Shown: positions 18,712 to 28,185, counted from the stretch's first letter. The stretch is DNA of 64,000 nucleotides from an uncultured Gammaproteobacteria bacterium (GCA_964536725.1 CAZHYJ010000003.1:39065-103064); one strand, 5' to 3'. Translations and numbers: made by a program. The notes: generated by a model from the letters alone, not told the origin.

Positions 18712-21477
18712 ATGTCCTTACTTACCAAGATTTTCGGTGATCCTAACGCTAAGGTAGTGGCGTCCATAAAACCAATTGTTGAAAAAATAAACTCCCTGGA
18801 ACCCTCCATGGAGAAGTTGTCATTAGAAGAATTACGTGGTAAAACCACGGAGTTTAAAGATCGTCTCCAAAAAGGCGAAACTTTGGATGATATTTTGCCC
18901 GAGGCTTTTGCAGTGGTACGTGAAACTTCGCGCCGGATAACCGGCATGCGTCATTTTGATGTTCAGCTGATCGGTGGCGTGGTTTTGCATCGTGGGCAAA
19001 TTGCTGAGATGAGAACTGGTGAGGGTAAAACTTTGGTAGCAACACTGCCAATATATTTAAATGCCTTAGCCGGTCGTGGTGTGCACCTGGTAACCGTTAA
19101 TGATTACTTGGCTAAACGTGATGCCGTCTGGATGGGTCAGATTTATGACGCACTCGGACTCAGTATCGGTATTATCCAACAGCAGATGATTTCATATAAA
19201 TATGTAAAGACTAAGTTGTTGTCAGCGGAAGAAGTAAAAGAAAATGAAAACGCGGTTACAGTGACAGGTGAAAAAGAAGATAGTCAGTTGGCGAAATTTA
19301 AAGTGGAGATGGAACATCTGGAACCATGTACGCGTAAAGAAGCATATGCCTGTGATATCACTTACGGCACCAACAATGAATACGGTTTTGATTATCTGCG
19401 CGACAACATGGTGCAGAGCATGGAAGAGATGTCACAGCGACCTTTTTTCTTTGCAATCATCGATGAGGTAGATTCGATTTTAGTGGATGAGGCGCGCACC
19501 CCTTTGATTATCTCTGCTCCCGCTGAGGAAGCGGCAAATTTGTATTACAAGTTTGCGGATCTGGTCAAGCAGTTGGTGATCAACGAAGATTACAATGTTG
19601 ATGAAAAAATGCGGGCAGCCACTTTGACAGAAGAAGGTATCCATAAAATGGAACAGTGGCTTGGTATTGAAAATATTTATGCGGAAGGTGGAACTAGTAC
19701 AGTACATCACGTGGAGCAAGCTTTGCGTGCCTTTGCACTTTTCCGTCGTGATCGTGATTATGTCGTAGAAAATGGGGAAGTGGTAATCGTGGACGAATTT
19801 ACCGGTCGCAAAATGCCCGGTCGTCGTTACAGTGAAGGTTTGCACCAAGCGATTGAAGCGCAAGAAAAAGTGGAGATTCAGCGTGAGAGTCGTACTTTGG
19901 CGACCGTTACTTTTCAGAACTACTTTCGTCTCTATGCCAAACTAGCCGGTATGACTGGTACGGCTGTTACCGAAGCAGAAGAGTTTGGTAAGATTTACAA
20001 ATTGGAAGTGGTGGTAGTGCCAACCAACAAGTTGGCTCGTAGAACTGATCACCCCGATCGGATTTACAAAACGGAAGAGGCGAAATATCAGGCGATTGCT
20101 AAAACAGTAAAAGAATTTCAAACCAAAGGCCAACCAGTTTTGATTGGTACTATTTCGGTAGAAAAAAATGAAGAGTTGAGTCTGTATTTAGAACGGGAAG
20201 GAATCAAACATGAAATTTTGAATGCAAAAAACCATGAACGTGAAGGTGAAATCGTCGCGCAAGCCGGTCGGGCTGGGGCTGTGACATTAGCCACTAACAT
20301 GGCGGGACGTGGTGTTGATATTATCTTAGGTGGTAACCCACCAGACAAAGAGTTAGCAGAAAAAGTGAAAGATGCCGGTGGTTTGTTTGTGATTGGTACC
20401 GAGCGCCACGAATCACGCCGTATTGATAACCAGTTGCGTGGTCGTGCTGGTCGCCAGGGCGATCCGGGTGAAACCCAGTTTTTCCTTTCTACCCAAGACG
20501 ATTTGATGCGCATTTTTGCTGGCGACCGAATTCGTTCGGTGATGGAAACATTGCGCGTGCCGGATGATATGCCGATTGAACAAAAAAGTATTACTAAATT
20601 AATTGAATCCGCGCAAAAGAAAGTGGAAGGTTTCCATTTTGATACCCGCAAACATTTATTAGAATACGATGATGTCTTAAATCGTCATCGTGAAGTTATC
20701 TACGGCAAACGCCGTGAGATTTTGGAAACTTTTGTCAAAGAAAAAGCGGCTTTGACTGGTGAGGAAAAACCAACTAAAACTTTACGTGAGTTGGTTTTCA
20801 AAATGATTGAAGATGAAATTGAACAGGTAGTTTCTTTTCATACCAACACTGAAGAACGCCAAGATTGGAATTTGAAAGAAATTCAGGAAACAGTGGCGAC
20901 TATCTTCCCGCTGAACACGAAGGAAAAAGAAAAGATTTTGGAATACAGTAATCACGGTACAGAAAAATTGGACGCAGTGAATGTGCGCACTGAGTTGATC
21001 GAATATTTAATGGAGATGGCGCGATTGCGATATGATGAGATGTTAGTGAACAAAGCACCCGATCCAGAAATGATGTTGGAAATCGAAAAGCAAATGTTGT
21101 TGCGTTCGATTGATAACCTGTGGGTGGAACATTTGGTGGCTGTGGATTATCTGCGCACCGGTATTGGTTTGCGCGGTTATGGCCAGAGAGATCCGCTGGT
21201 GGAATACAAAAAAGAAACTTACCACATGTTTAATGAGTTGTTGAGTTTGATTCAAAAAGAATTGGTTTATAGTATTTACAAAGTCAGTGCTGGAATTGAT
21301 CTGGCGCCGAGCGTGATGTCGCGAGGTAATGTGATTTTAAAGGGTGCGGAGACAGGCGAAGAACAGGTAGTGACTAAGGGGGCGATAAAAGATGCTGAAG
21401 GGAACAAAGTGGGGCGCAATGATTTGTGTCCGTGTGGGAGTGGGAAAAAGTTTAAGAAGTGTCATATGAATGTTTAG
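18712..21477 (+). CDS. secA: Protein translocase subunit SecA
   Basis: MRTGEGKT, DEVDS, QLRGRAGRQGD and SEC-C motif CPCGSGKKFKKCH. Confidence 0.98.
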   Translation: MSLLTKIFGDPNAKVVASIKPIVEKINSLEPSMEKLSLEELRGKTTEFKDRLQKGETLDDILPEAFAVVRETSRRITGMRHFDVQLIGGVVLHRGQIAEMRTGEGKTLVATLPIYLNALAGRGVHLVTVNDYLAKRDAVWMGQIYDALGLSIGIIQQQMISYKYVKTKLLSAEEVKENENAVTVTGEKEDSQLAKFKVEMEHLEPCTRKEAYACDITYGTNNEYGFDYLRDNMVQSMEEMSQRPFFFAIIDEVDSILVDEARTPLIISAPAEEAANLYYKFADLVKQLVINEDYNVDEKMRAATLTEEGIHKMEQWLGIENIYAEGGTSTVHHVEQALRAFALFRRDRDYVVENGEVVIVDEFTGRKMPGRRYSEGLHQAIEAQEKVEIQRESRTLATVTFQNYFRLYAKLAGMTGTAVTEAEEFGKIYKLEVVVVPTNKLARRTDHPDRIYKTEEAKYQAIAKTVKEFQTKGQPVLIGTISVEKNEELSLYLEREGIKHEILNAKNHEREGEIVAQAGRAGAVTLATNMAGRGVDIILGGNPPDKELAEKVKDAGGLFVIGTERHESRRIDNQLRGRAGRQGDPGETQFFLSTQDDLMRIFAGDRIRSVMETLRVPDDMPIEQKSITKLIESAQKKVEGFHFDTRKHLLEYDDVLNRHREVIYGKRREILETFVKEKAALTGEEKPTKTLRELVFKMIEDEIEQVVSFHTNTEERQDWNLKEIQETVATIFPLNTKEKEKILEYSNHGTEKLDAVNVRTELIEYLMEMARLRYDEMLVNKAPDPEMMLEIEKQMLLRSIDNLWVEHLVAVDYLRTGIGLRGYGQRDPLVEYKKETYHMFNELLSLIQKELVYSIYKVSAGIDLAPSVMSRGNVILKGAETGEEQVVTKGAIKDAEGNKVGRNDLCPCGSGKKFKKCHMNV
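21434..21477 (+). other. attL-like site (B-P') inside the secA 3' end
   Basis: secA coding arm + AA (21454-55) + gaagtgtcatatgaatgtttag, an arm shared with 31677-31698. Confidence 0.85.
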
Positions 21478-21479
21478 GC

Positions 21480-21509
21480 AAAAAGGGCTCTGTATAGAGC
21501 TCTTTTTTT
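21480..21509 (+). terminator. Intrinsic terminator after secA, supplied by the element
   Basis: aaaaagggctct-gtat-agagctcttttttt. Confidence 0.8.
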
Positions 21510-21603
21510 AATTATCAAATTGGGTAGAGTTACTTTTTTGAGTACTATCTACAGTTTTTCTCCTCTCGGTTTGTATTGACCCCTACTCACATGGTTTTAA
21601 AGT

Positions 21604-23163
21604 CTACAGAACAAAATCTATTTCGATTTTTCCATCTCCAGCCCTAATTTGTTTTATTACTGTACGCAATATTTGTTTTTTCTCATCCAACATCATGGCT
21701 CCCCACAAATTATCAAAATCTTTAAGCGTGGCGGCAAATTTCTTTAAGACTTCTATGTTTTGATCTAGCTGCATCAGGTTGGTCTTGGTGCGTACAATTT
21801 CTTGTTCATATCGTTCTTTATCAACGCGAAGTCTGGTCATGGCCTCTCCGTATTGTTCGGTGGTTATTATGTTTTTTTCAAATGCTTCCTGCTGCCTTTT
21901 TAGCCGCTCTGGCAGACGACTGTGCTCTTGCTCTAATTTAGTCAATTCATCTGATAAATTTTGTTTAGTGTCACTATTACCACTGTAAATAATTCGCTCC
22001 TGTATTTTTGGGTTGCCGTATAAACATCTAATTTGATCAAGGACGGCACCTTCTAGTTTAGTTGCACTCATAATACGTGGTGAACAAATGCCAGAATATT
22101 TATAGCCACTGCAGAGATATTCATAGGTTGTGGTGTCAGACCAATTTTTATTGAGTTGTGAACGCTTGTGGTGTCGCGTCTGATAGTTTCCACCTTTACC
22201 ACATCTGATACATTTTAACAAGCCAGTCAACAATCCAAGTGAACGAGCGGATCCTCCAAACGCCGCCTTACTACGTTCTCGTTTGGTGCTTTGTGCTTTG
22301 GTAAATATTTCTTCTGATATTATTGGCTGGTGATTGCCTTGTACGGTAATTCCTTCTCTGCCTCTAAGTTGCTTTTCTTTTGTCTTTTTATAATCTGCAA
22401 ACCTCCACCCCCACCAAACTTTTCCAGTATAAGTGATATTACTTAGAATGTATCTGATTGTATGTGCAGTCCACACCCCACCTTTAGGGCTAATTTTTCC
22501 GCACCTATTAAGTTCTGTGGCTATCTTTTGTACACCAGCTCCTTTGGTATATTGGTTAAAAATATGACGAATAAGTGGTGCGGCTTCATTGTCTAGACTA
22601 ATTTCACGTTTAATTTTTCCATGATCGTCAATTGATTTTTTAACTGAATATCCAAAAGGCACTCGGTTTGGAATGATACCTTGTTTTGCTTTGCTGTTTC
22701 TTCCCATTTTCATGCGACGGCTAATCGCTTTGCGTTCTAAGTCCGAGCGTATGTCAGACATTCCTTCTACCATTATGTTTATGTCATCGTCATCTGAATC
22801 GTATGTTTTTGGGTCTCGTGGTTCAACAGGGGAGTTTATAGCATATGTTTGGATGCCGAGATCCTTTAACTCTTCACGTGTGATAGTGGCAGCAGCACGA
22901 TTGCGAGCAAAACGATCAAAATCTTTTACAATTACTAAATTAAATTTATGGTTGCGCGCGTCACGTAAGAGAGATTGAAACCCTACTCTTTCCTCGGTTA
23001 AGTGGCCACTTATGCCAAGATCAACGTATTTATTGTAAAGTGTCCAACCTGCATGTTCGTTGATAACACGTCTGCAGGCCTCCTCTTGATCGGCTGGCGA
23101 AGCTTTTCCATCAGCTTGTTCTTTAGTTGATACCCGAATGTAAATCGCGGCTGTTATATTCAT
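21604..23163 (-). CDS. Large serine recombinase (integrase)
   Basis: YIRVST catalytic Ser; DRFARN; PFGY recombinase domain; CIRC...C zinc ribbon; coiled coil. Confidence 0.95.
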   Translation of the reverse strand: MNITAAIYIRVSTKEQADGKASPADQEEACRRVINEHAGWTLYNKYVDLGISGHLTEERVGFQSLLRDARNHKFNLVIVKDFDRFARNRAAATITREELKDLGIQTYAINSPVEPRDPKTYDSDDDDINIMVEGMSDIRSDLERKAISRRMKMGRNSKAKQGIIPNRVPFGYSVKKSIDDHGKIKREISLDNEAAPLIRHIFNQYTKGAGVQKIATELNRCGKISPKGGVWTAHTIRYILSNITYTGKVWWGWRFADYKKTKEKQLRGREGITVQGNHQPIISEEIFTKAQSTKRERSKAAFGGSARSLGLLTGLLKCIRCGKGGNYQTRHHKRSQLNKNWSDTTTYEYLCSGYKYSGICSPRIMSATKLEGAVLDQIRCLYGNPKIQERIIYSGNSDTKQNLSDELTKLEQEHSRLPERLKRQQEAFEKNIITTEQYGEAMTRLRVDKERYEQEIVRTKTNLMQLDQNIEVLKKFAATLKDFDNLWGAMMLDEKKQILRTVIKQIRAGDGKIEIDFVL

Positions 23164-23329
23164 ATAATAGCATGTTAATTTAATAAAAAAAATGGAATAC
23201 AAAAAGGGGCAGTCGAAGGTCTACCCACGTTTAGTACTACGAAAGTGCTAATTGTGGAATCGAATGCCCCTTTTTGTGCGCAAAAAGATATGACAGTTTC
23301 GTAGCTGAAATCGTGGGTAGACGATATTA

Positions 23330-23358
23330 GTATAACAAAACAGGAAGATCTTTTCAAC
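23330..23358 (-). promoter_or_regulatory. Putative promoter of the recombinase gene
   Basis: Minus strand TTGAAA-17 bp-TATACT with an extended TG. Confidence 0.6.
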
Positions 23359-23361
23359 ATG

Positions 23362-23652
23362 TTAATTATTGTTAATTTGACGTTCAACCACTGTGTTGAT
23401 CAGGCCAGCTACCATATCAGCGAGGCGGGAAGCAAGAAAATCACCATTTAGATTATTTGTGATTATAATTAATTTTTGTCCTGCTGTGCACAAGGAGCCA
23501 TCACTATCATCGGATGAATCTGGGCCATCCGACTTAGCTTTTCTGCTCTGCCTCTGCGAATGTGTTTGTCTTCCTCTAGATCTTACCTGCCTATTTTTGA
23601 TTTGCAGATTTACCACCCTGCGAGCGGTTACACTTTTTGGAATATTTGCCAT
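23362..23652 (-). CDS. Small hypothetical protein of the element
   Basis: ATG start; co-oriented with its neighbours; basic, then acidic, then helical C-terminus. Confidence 0.55.
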   Translation of the reverse strand: MANIPKSVTARRVVNLQIKNRQVRSRGRQTHSQRQSRKAKSDGPDSSDDSDGSLCTAGQKLIIITNNLNGDFLASRLADMVAGLINTVVERQINNN

Positions 23653-23663
23653 ATTAGTAATTT

Positions 23664-23927
23664 TTATTTATTAGTATCTTTTTGATCTTTGTTAGTGTCA
23701 TCAGAATCAAATTCTTGCTGGTTTTCATCGATACAACTAGAATTTTTCACAACAGGTTCATTGTGGTGGATATTTTTACCTCCCTTACCTTTACGGGAAG
23801 GATTATGGCCCATTCTATAGTCATATAATGGGCAGTCATTTGATGGACAAAACTGAACTTCTTTTCTTTGACCACACATACAATTTAAACAGTTTTGTCT
23901 TATTGCTTTAATTGGAGTTAGTGTCAT
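23664..23927 (-). CDS. Small Cys-rich (Zn-binding) mobile-element protein
   Basis: KAIRQNCLNC....EVQFC....CPLYDYRMG pattern, seen in phage/ICE small proteins. Confidence 0.7.
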   Translation of the reverse strand: MTLTPIKAIRQNCLNCMCGQRKEVQFCPSNDCPLYDYRMGHNPSRKGKGGKNIHHNEPVVKNSSCIDENQQEFDSDDTNKDQKDTNK

Positions 23928-24146
23928 ATTAATTATTAAATTAATGATTATTGCAGAGGCAGGTATGTGTTAAAAGCACCTGCCTCTATTTATAGTATTT
24001 CACTCCTACCCTTACAGTTTGTACCCACCTCTACCAACAGACAGACGAACCGACAAACCACGACTCTATAGGTTGCATATATAGGGTGCAATTCTACACC
24101 AGTTATTACAGGTACTATTTTGGTGGGTCTAGTAAAGCTTTTGCAT

Positions 24147-24935
24147 TTAAGGAGGACGAGTTTTTTGTCGTTGCCCCCAGTGTGCTTTTAAACTAAACCT
24201 CACCAGACTAATACCCGTAAATTTAAATCTGTTTGGTAAAGTTCGCATCAGGTAGTTTTTTTCATTTTTTACTTGGATAGAATAGGCATATGGGTTATCT
24301 CCAACACGATCTTTTATTTGATCATCTACCACAGTATCCATATTGATTAGAATCCAATTGGAAAGAGTCGTTTTGATTTCTATATTTTGATAAACTCGCG
24401 TGTTTGGTATTATTTTCGCTTTGGATATCTGTATTTGATATATAATGGTTCGCTTTGATACATTGAACTTTTTGGCCATCTTAGTGTAAGACAATCGGCC
24501 TACGGTAATTTTTCGTTTATATTTTCTGTCTAAATCACATTCTGCGTATAGCCGAATGATCAGCGCTTTAAACTTGGTATTGTTGTTTAGCAGTTCCAAG
24601 AGACCTTTGTTCAATCTTTGTTTTCTTTTAAGTGTTCCATTCATTCTAAGTTTGTGGAGCTTGCAGATCGCTTTCCAAGACAGGTAGTATATTTTTTTGT
24701 GTCCAATTCCAGAAAATAATCCAGATTTTCTACAGGAACGTATAGTATGACGTAAATTGTCCCCGGTAAATTTTATTAGTTGATCAGTATCTACACATCC
24801 TGTGCCTGTTGGATTTAGAATATGTCTACATATGAACCAAATGCGTAGAGGCCCTACTAGGTTTTTGTGGTGCTGATAAAAATGAAAAAGAACATTAAGG
24901 TGGAAAGAAATTATTTTTGGAGTAGAATTTTTCAT
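24147..24935 (-). CDS. Basic DNA-binding protein, candidate replication initiator
   Basis: Lys/Arg-rich; HTH-like SYTKMAKKFNVSKRTI; the function is an inference. Confidence 0.5.
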   Translation of the reverse strand: MKNSTPKIISFHLNVLFHFYQHHKNLVGPLRIWFICRHILNPTGTGCVDTDQLIKFTGDNLRHTIRSCRKSGLFSGIGHKKIYYLSWKAICKLHKLRMNGTLKRKQRLNKGLLELLNNNTKFKALIIRLYAECDLDRKYKRKITVGRLSYTKMAKKFNVSKRTIIYQIQISKAKIIPNTRVYQNIEIKTTLSNWILINMDTVVDDQIKDRVGDNPYAYSIQVKNEKNYLMRTLPNRFKFTGISLVRFSLKAHWGQRQKTRPP

Positions 24936-25249
24936 TTTATATATCGTTAAATAACAAAACGCACATATGAACAATATCCAACCCCCATCTCCTAAAAAGC
25001 GGGGGTTAATATTTTATCTTCATATGTGCGCTACAAGTATTGTTGCCTTTTGCAACCGCGAATGTGATCGCAATATCACTCCGCCTTTTTATTGGTTTGG
25101 TCTATTTGGTAATATTTTATCGGAAGAAAACTGGTACCAAGTCATTTTGTGAATAAATTCACAATACCTGAATGATCTAAATATTTTTTGAATGTCTAAT
25201 TGATCAAAAAAACGGCATAAATTTGATGGATAAGTAATTAATTATTTTG

Positions 25250-25930
25250 TTAGCTGGTTAGTACTGCCTCTGCAAATTGCTTGTTGGCAAGGGATTTTAT
25301 ATCTGCGTTATATGATTCTTCCAGATTATTCCATTGGCGAAAGAAACGGATGGCGCGTTTAGTTGGTCGGCCATTATAAGAAATTCTGTCCATGCTTTCG
25401 CGTAATTTAGCCAACTTAATTCTTTTGTGAACATAATAGGGAAGTCCACCCAATGATTTTTTGTTGATTCTGGTTGACTCATAAGCTAATTCGCTGCAAA
25501 TACGACATACAAACAGGCTGTTTTTAGGCAGGTATAGTTTGTTGCATTTTCTACCACAATCACAGGTAAAGTAATATCGTGTTCCATATTGTAATTCTTG
25601 GGTTGATAATTTAATTGTCTGTTCTGCCCCACTGTCCATATGTGTGGCATCTTTTACAAAAAATATTTCTAGCATTAATTTTTCTCCTTCTAATTTCACT
25701 TCGTAATTGATAAATAGATTGCCGGTAGTCCCTCTAATCATAAATTTGCCTCTTCTACCCTTGGGTTTGACTAAATCTGGGAATAACTTTTCCTCTATAC
25801 CAGAGACCTGGTGTAGTAGTTTTTTGCCAAAGTCACCAATGCAGAGAGTGTGAGATTCCTCTACCAACGCTTTGACAGGTGGTTCTCTTTTTAGTATTTC
25901 AATTATGTCATTTTTGGTTAGATTTTCCAT
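25250..25930 (-). CDS. Zn-finger protein of mobile elements
   Basis: RYYFTCDCGRKCNKLY....FVCRIC.ELAYES. Confidence 0.7.
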   Translation of the reverse strand: MENLTKNDIIEILKREPPVKALVEESHTLCIGDFGKKLLHQVSGIEEKLFPDLVKPKGRRGKFMIRGTTGNLFINYEVKLEGEKLMLEIFFVKDATHMDSGAEQTIKLSTQELQYGTRYYFTCDCGRKCNKLYLPKNSLFVCRICSELAYESTRINKKSLGGLPYYVHKRIKLAKLRESMDRISYNGRPTKRAIRFFRQWNNLEESYNADIKSLANKQFAEAVLTS

Positions 25931-26203
25931 ATTTTTAACGATATTTTATTATCTATTATTAATTATTTCATAAGTACATCAGGTCAGTCTAATGTTTTAA
26001 AAAGAGAAAAAAAAGAGGGCCATACCCGATAGTATGAGTCCCGTGAATAGCAGGAGGACCCAAAACAAACCACTGCCCCTACCCGCCTATATAACCAATG
26101 TTATTATTTCCCTTTTATCAATACCTGCCTCTACCGTTAGCTACTATTTCTTTAGATAAGCCCCGCCACCGGAGCTTATTTTATTTTTAACTTATATGTA
26201 TCT

Positions 26204-26488
26204 ATGTCAGAAGTATTAAGCAACTATTCTGGATCTGCAATTACTGCCCAGACAGTTGCCTTAGAAATAGAGAAGCGTTGGGGTAGGACAGAAGTCGAGA
26301 AGTACGATCCATTTTCTAACTGTTTAACATATCGGCGGTGGGCAGAGTTAGATTACAGGGTTAAAAAAGGGGAGAAGGCGATCCGTAGTAAAACCTTCGT
26401 AGAGAAAAAAGACGAACTTGGTAATATAATAAAAAAATACCCAAAGACAGTCTGCCTCTTCTATTACCTTCAAGTAGAAAAAATATGA
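26204..26488 (+). CDS. ArdC-N-like ssDNA-binding domain protein
   Basis: TYRRWAELDYRVKKGEKAI resembles the ArdC-N TyxqWxxxGxxVkKGeka motif. Confidence 0.72.
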   Translation: MSEVLSNYSGSAITAQTVALEIEKRWGRTEVEKYDPFSNCLTYRRWAELDYRVKKGEKAIRSKTFVEKKDELGNIIKKYPKTVCLFYYLQVEKI

Positions 26489-26691
26489 AGGTAAAAAACC
26501 AAAGACTGGTGAGTTATCGCCGCTATAGCATAAATGGACAACCAACGCCATTTCTTCCAATCGAGGGAAAGTTCCTAGAACAGTATGGTTTCAATATCGG
26601 ATGCGCCGTCGATGTTCAATACTCAAACGGCTTTGTGTCCATCAAAAAGATCATACAAGATCGTTACGGAGATAAATTTAATATTAAATAA
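26485..26691 (+). CDS. SymE/AbrB-fold small protein
   Basis: PFLPIEGKFLEQYGFNIGCAVDV resembles SymE PxLxLxGxWLxxxGFxxG. Confidence 0.65.
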   Translation: MKVKNQRLVSYRRYSINGQPTPFLPIEGKFLEQYGFNIGCAVDVQYSNGFVSIKKIIQDRYGDKFNIK

Positions 26692-26693
26692 CT

Positions 26694-26957
26694 ATGCATA
26701 AAAAAATTTTAAACAACATACAAAGAACAAATCTATCTCTGTTAGACCCCATAATCGTGGGTGAGCTAAAATCTGGTAATTGGCGCAACTCACCAAGTCC
26801 ATTGCTGCACTGTATTAAATGCGGTGGTTATAAAATCACCACGCCGATAATCCAGTTTTATGGTTATCTGGGAGAGAGGTTAGTATGTTATGAGTGCCAG
26901 AAATTAATTCAGTCTAATTTAAAATCATATGAACCATACCAACGTTGCAGTCGTTAA
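26694..26957 (+). CDS. Small Zn-ribbon protein
   Basis: CIKC...CYECQ. Confidence 0.55.
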   Translation: MHKKILNNIQRTNLSLLDPIIVGELKSGNWRNSPSPLLHCIKCGGYKITTPIIQFYGYLGERLVCYECQKLIQSNLKSYEPYQRCSR

Positions 26958-27657
26958 ACCTGCCCCGACTATAGTATCTATACCTGCTCTGTCTCTACAG
27001 GAGGCGATAGAACCTTCCAAGGTGCTTGAATTCGCTCACAAGGCAGCTAAAGCGCTCAAAGACGTCATTGATAGTAGTTCTAAGAAAGTAATGATCAATG
27101 GCGAACAGTTTCTGACCTTTGAAAATTGGCAGACAATAGCCCGGTTCTATAATATAACTGTCGGAACAGAATCTACTAAGCCAATAACCAAAGACAATAA
27201 GATATTTGGCTATGAAAGCAAGGCAGTAGCATATCGTGACGGCATAATTATTTCCTCCGCAGAAGCTAGTACTTTTAGAGATGAGGCAAGTTGGAGAGAT
27301 AAACCAAGTTTCCAACTAAAGTCTATGGCACAAACCAGGGCAGCGGCTAAGTGTTTAAGGAATATATTAGCGTGGGTTGTCGTGCTTGCAGGGTATAAAC
27401 CTACCCCTGCGGAGGAAATGATCGAACACAATGCACCTGTCTCTGCTGATAGTTATAGTGCCACTAAGAATTTCAGATCTTGGGAGGACGCTAAAGAGAA
27501 TGTAATCACTCCTAAACAATCTTCGCTTCTGCGGTCTCTCATAATTGAAAAAGTGCTAGACGAAGATGCTCGTGAGCAGAAACTCAGCGAAATTAAAGAT
27601 TTAACCAAGTCTGATGCTTCTATTTGGATATCCGACCTTATTAACGATAGAGTATGA
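26929..27657 (+). CDS. Phage-type single-strand annealing/recombination protein (Rad52/ERF-like, tentative)
   Basis: SMAQTRAAAKCLR and PTPAEEM; C-terminal TPKQ...LTKSDAS.WI tail. Confidence 0.6.
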   Translation: MNHTNVAVVKPAPTIVSIPALSLQEAIEPSKVLEFAHKAAKALKDVIDSSSKKVMINGEQFLTFENWQTIARFYNITVGTESTKPITKDNKIFGYESKAVAYRDGIIISSAEASTFRDEASWRDKPSFQLKSMAQTRAAAKCLRNILAWVVVLAGYKPTPAEEMIEHNAPVSADSYSATKNFRSWEDAKENVITPKQSSLLRSLIIEKVLDEDAREQKLSEIKDLTKSDASIWISDLINDRV

Positions 27658-27986
27658 TGTATTTAATCGTCATAATCGTCGTTGTGGCTATCTTTTGTGC
27701 GCTTCGTAAGTTCTTTCTAGGTGACGATGTCTCTAGTTCGCCACAGTACAAGAATGTTGATGTTGTCCTGTCTCTGCCGGTAGAGATAGTTGCAAATCAT
27801 AGACCCACAATGTCTATAAGTGAGAGAGAAAGGCGTAGGCGCAACTTGTTGCAGAGTGTTTATGCTCTTGGTTTTAGACATGCCAACGCTTACAAGATAT
27901 TAGACGCTCGCGATCACGACTTTTCTCTATTACCGTATTATTACCTAAGTAATAAACAAAAAATATATGTTGACCCACCAAAATAA
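27654..27986 (+). CDS. Small membrane-anchored hypothetical protein
   Basis: Hydrophobic N-terminus; overlaps the stop of the previous gene. Confidence 0.6.
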   Translation: MMYLIVIIVVVAIFCALRKFFLGDDVSSSPQYKNVDVVLSLPVEIVANHRPTMSISERERRRRNLLQSVYALGFRHANAYKILDARDHDFSLLPYYYLSNKQKIYVDPPK

Positions 27987-28185
27987 ATCTCCTGAAGATA
28001 AAGCATCACTGTTATTCCTATTGTCGTTTTGGTTTGTGATCCTACCTGCGTTGTTTGCCTGTTTCATTATCGTTTTGTTTCTTCCAGGTTTACGGGAGTC
28101 TCTTTCGGATATTCTGGCGGTAAGCTTCTTCGTATTTGCTGGATTGTCTCTGTCGTATTGGGGGATAAAGCGTTTTAAAAAGTAA
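27967..28185 (+). CDS. Small two-TM protein
   Basis: Two hydrophobic helices with a basic C-terminus. Confidence 0.6.
   Translation: MLTHQNKSPEDKASLLFLLSFWFVILPALFACFIIVLFLPGLRESLSDILAVSFFVFAGLSLSYWGIKRFKK

Noticed and set aside
19190-19330. Intein or intron in secA
   Set aside because: The ~40-aa insertion in NBD1 is in frame and short and lacks splicing motifs; it looks like a lineage-specific loop.
23199-23322. Bridge-RNA-like guide for the recombinase
   Set aside because: The loops show no convincing match to the att arms (gaaagtgcta versus gaagtgtcat is weak), and the enzyme is a standard large serine recombinase with its own DNA-binding domains.
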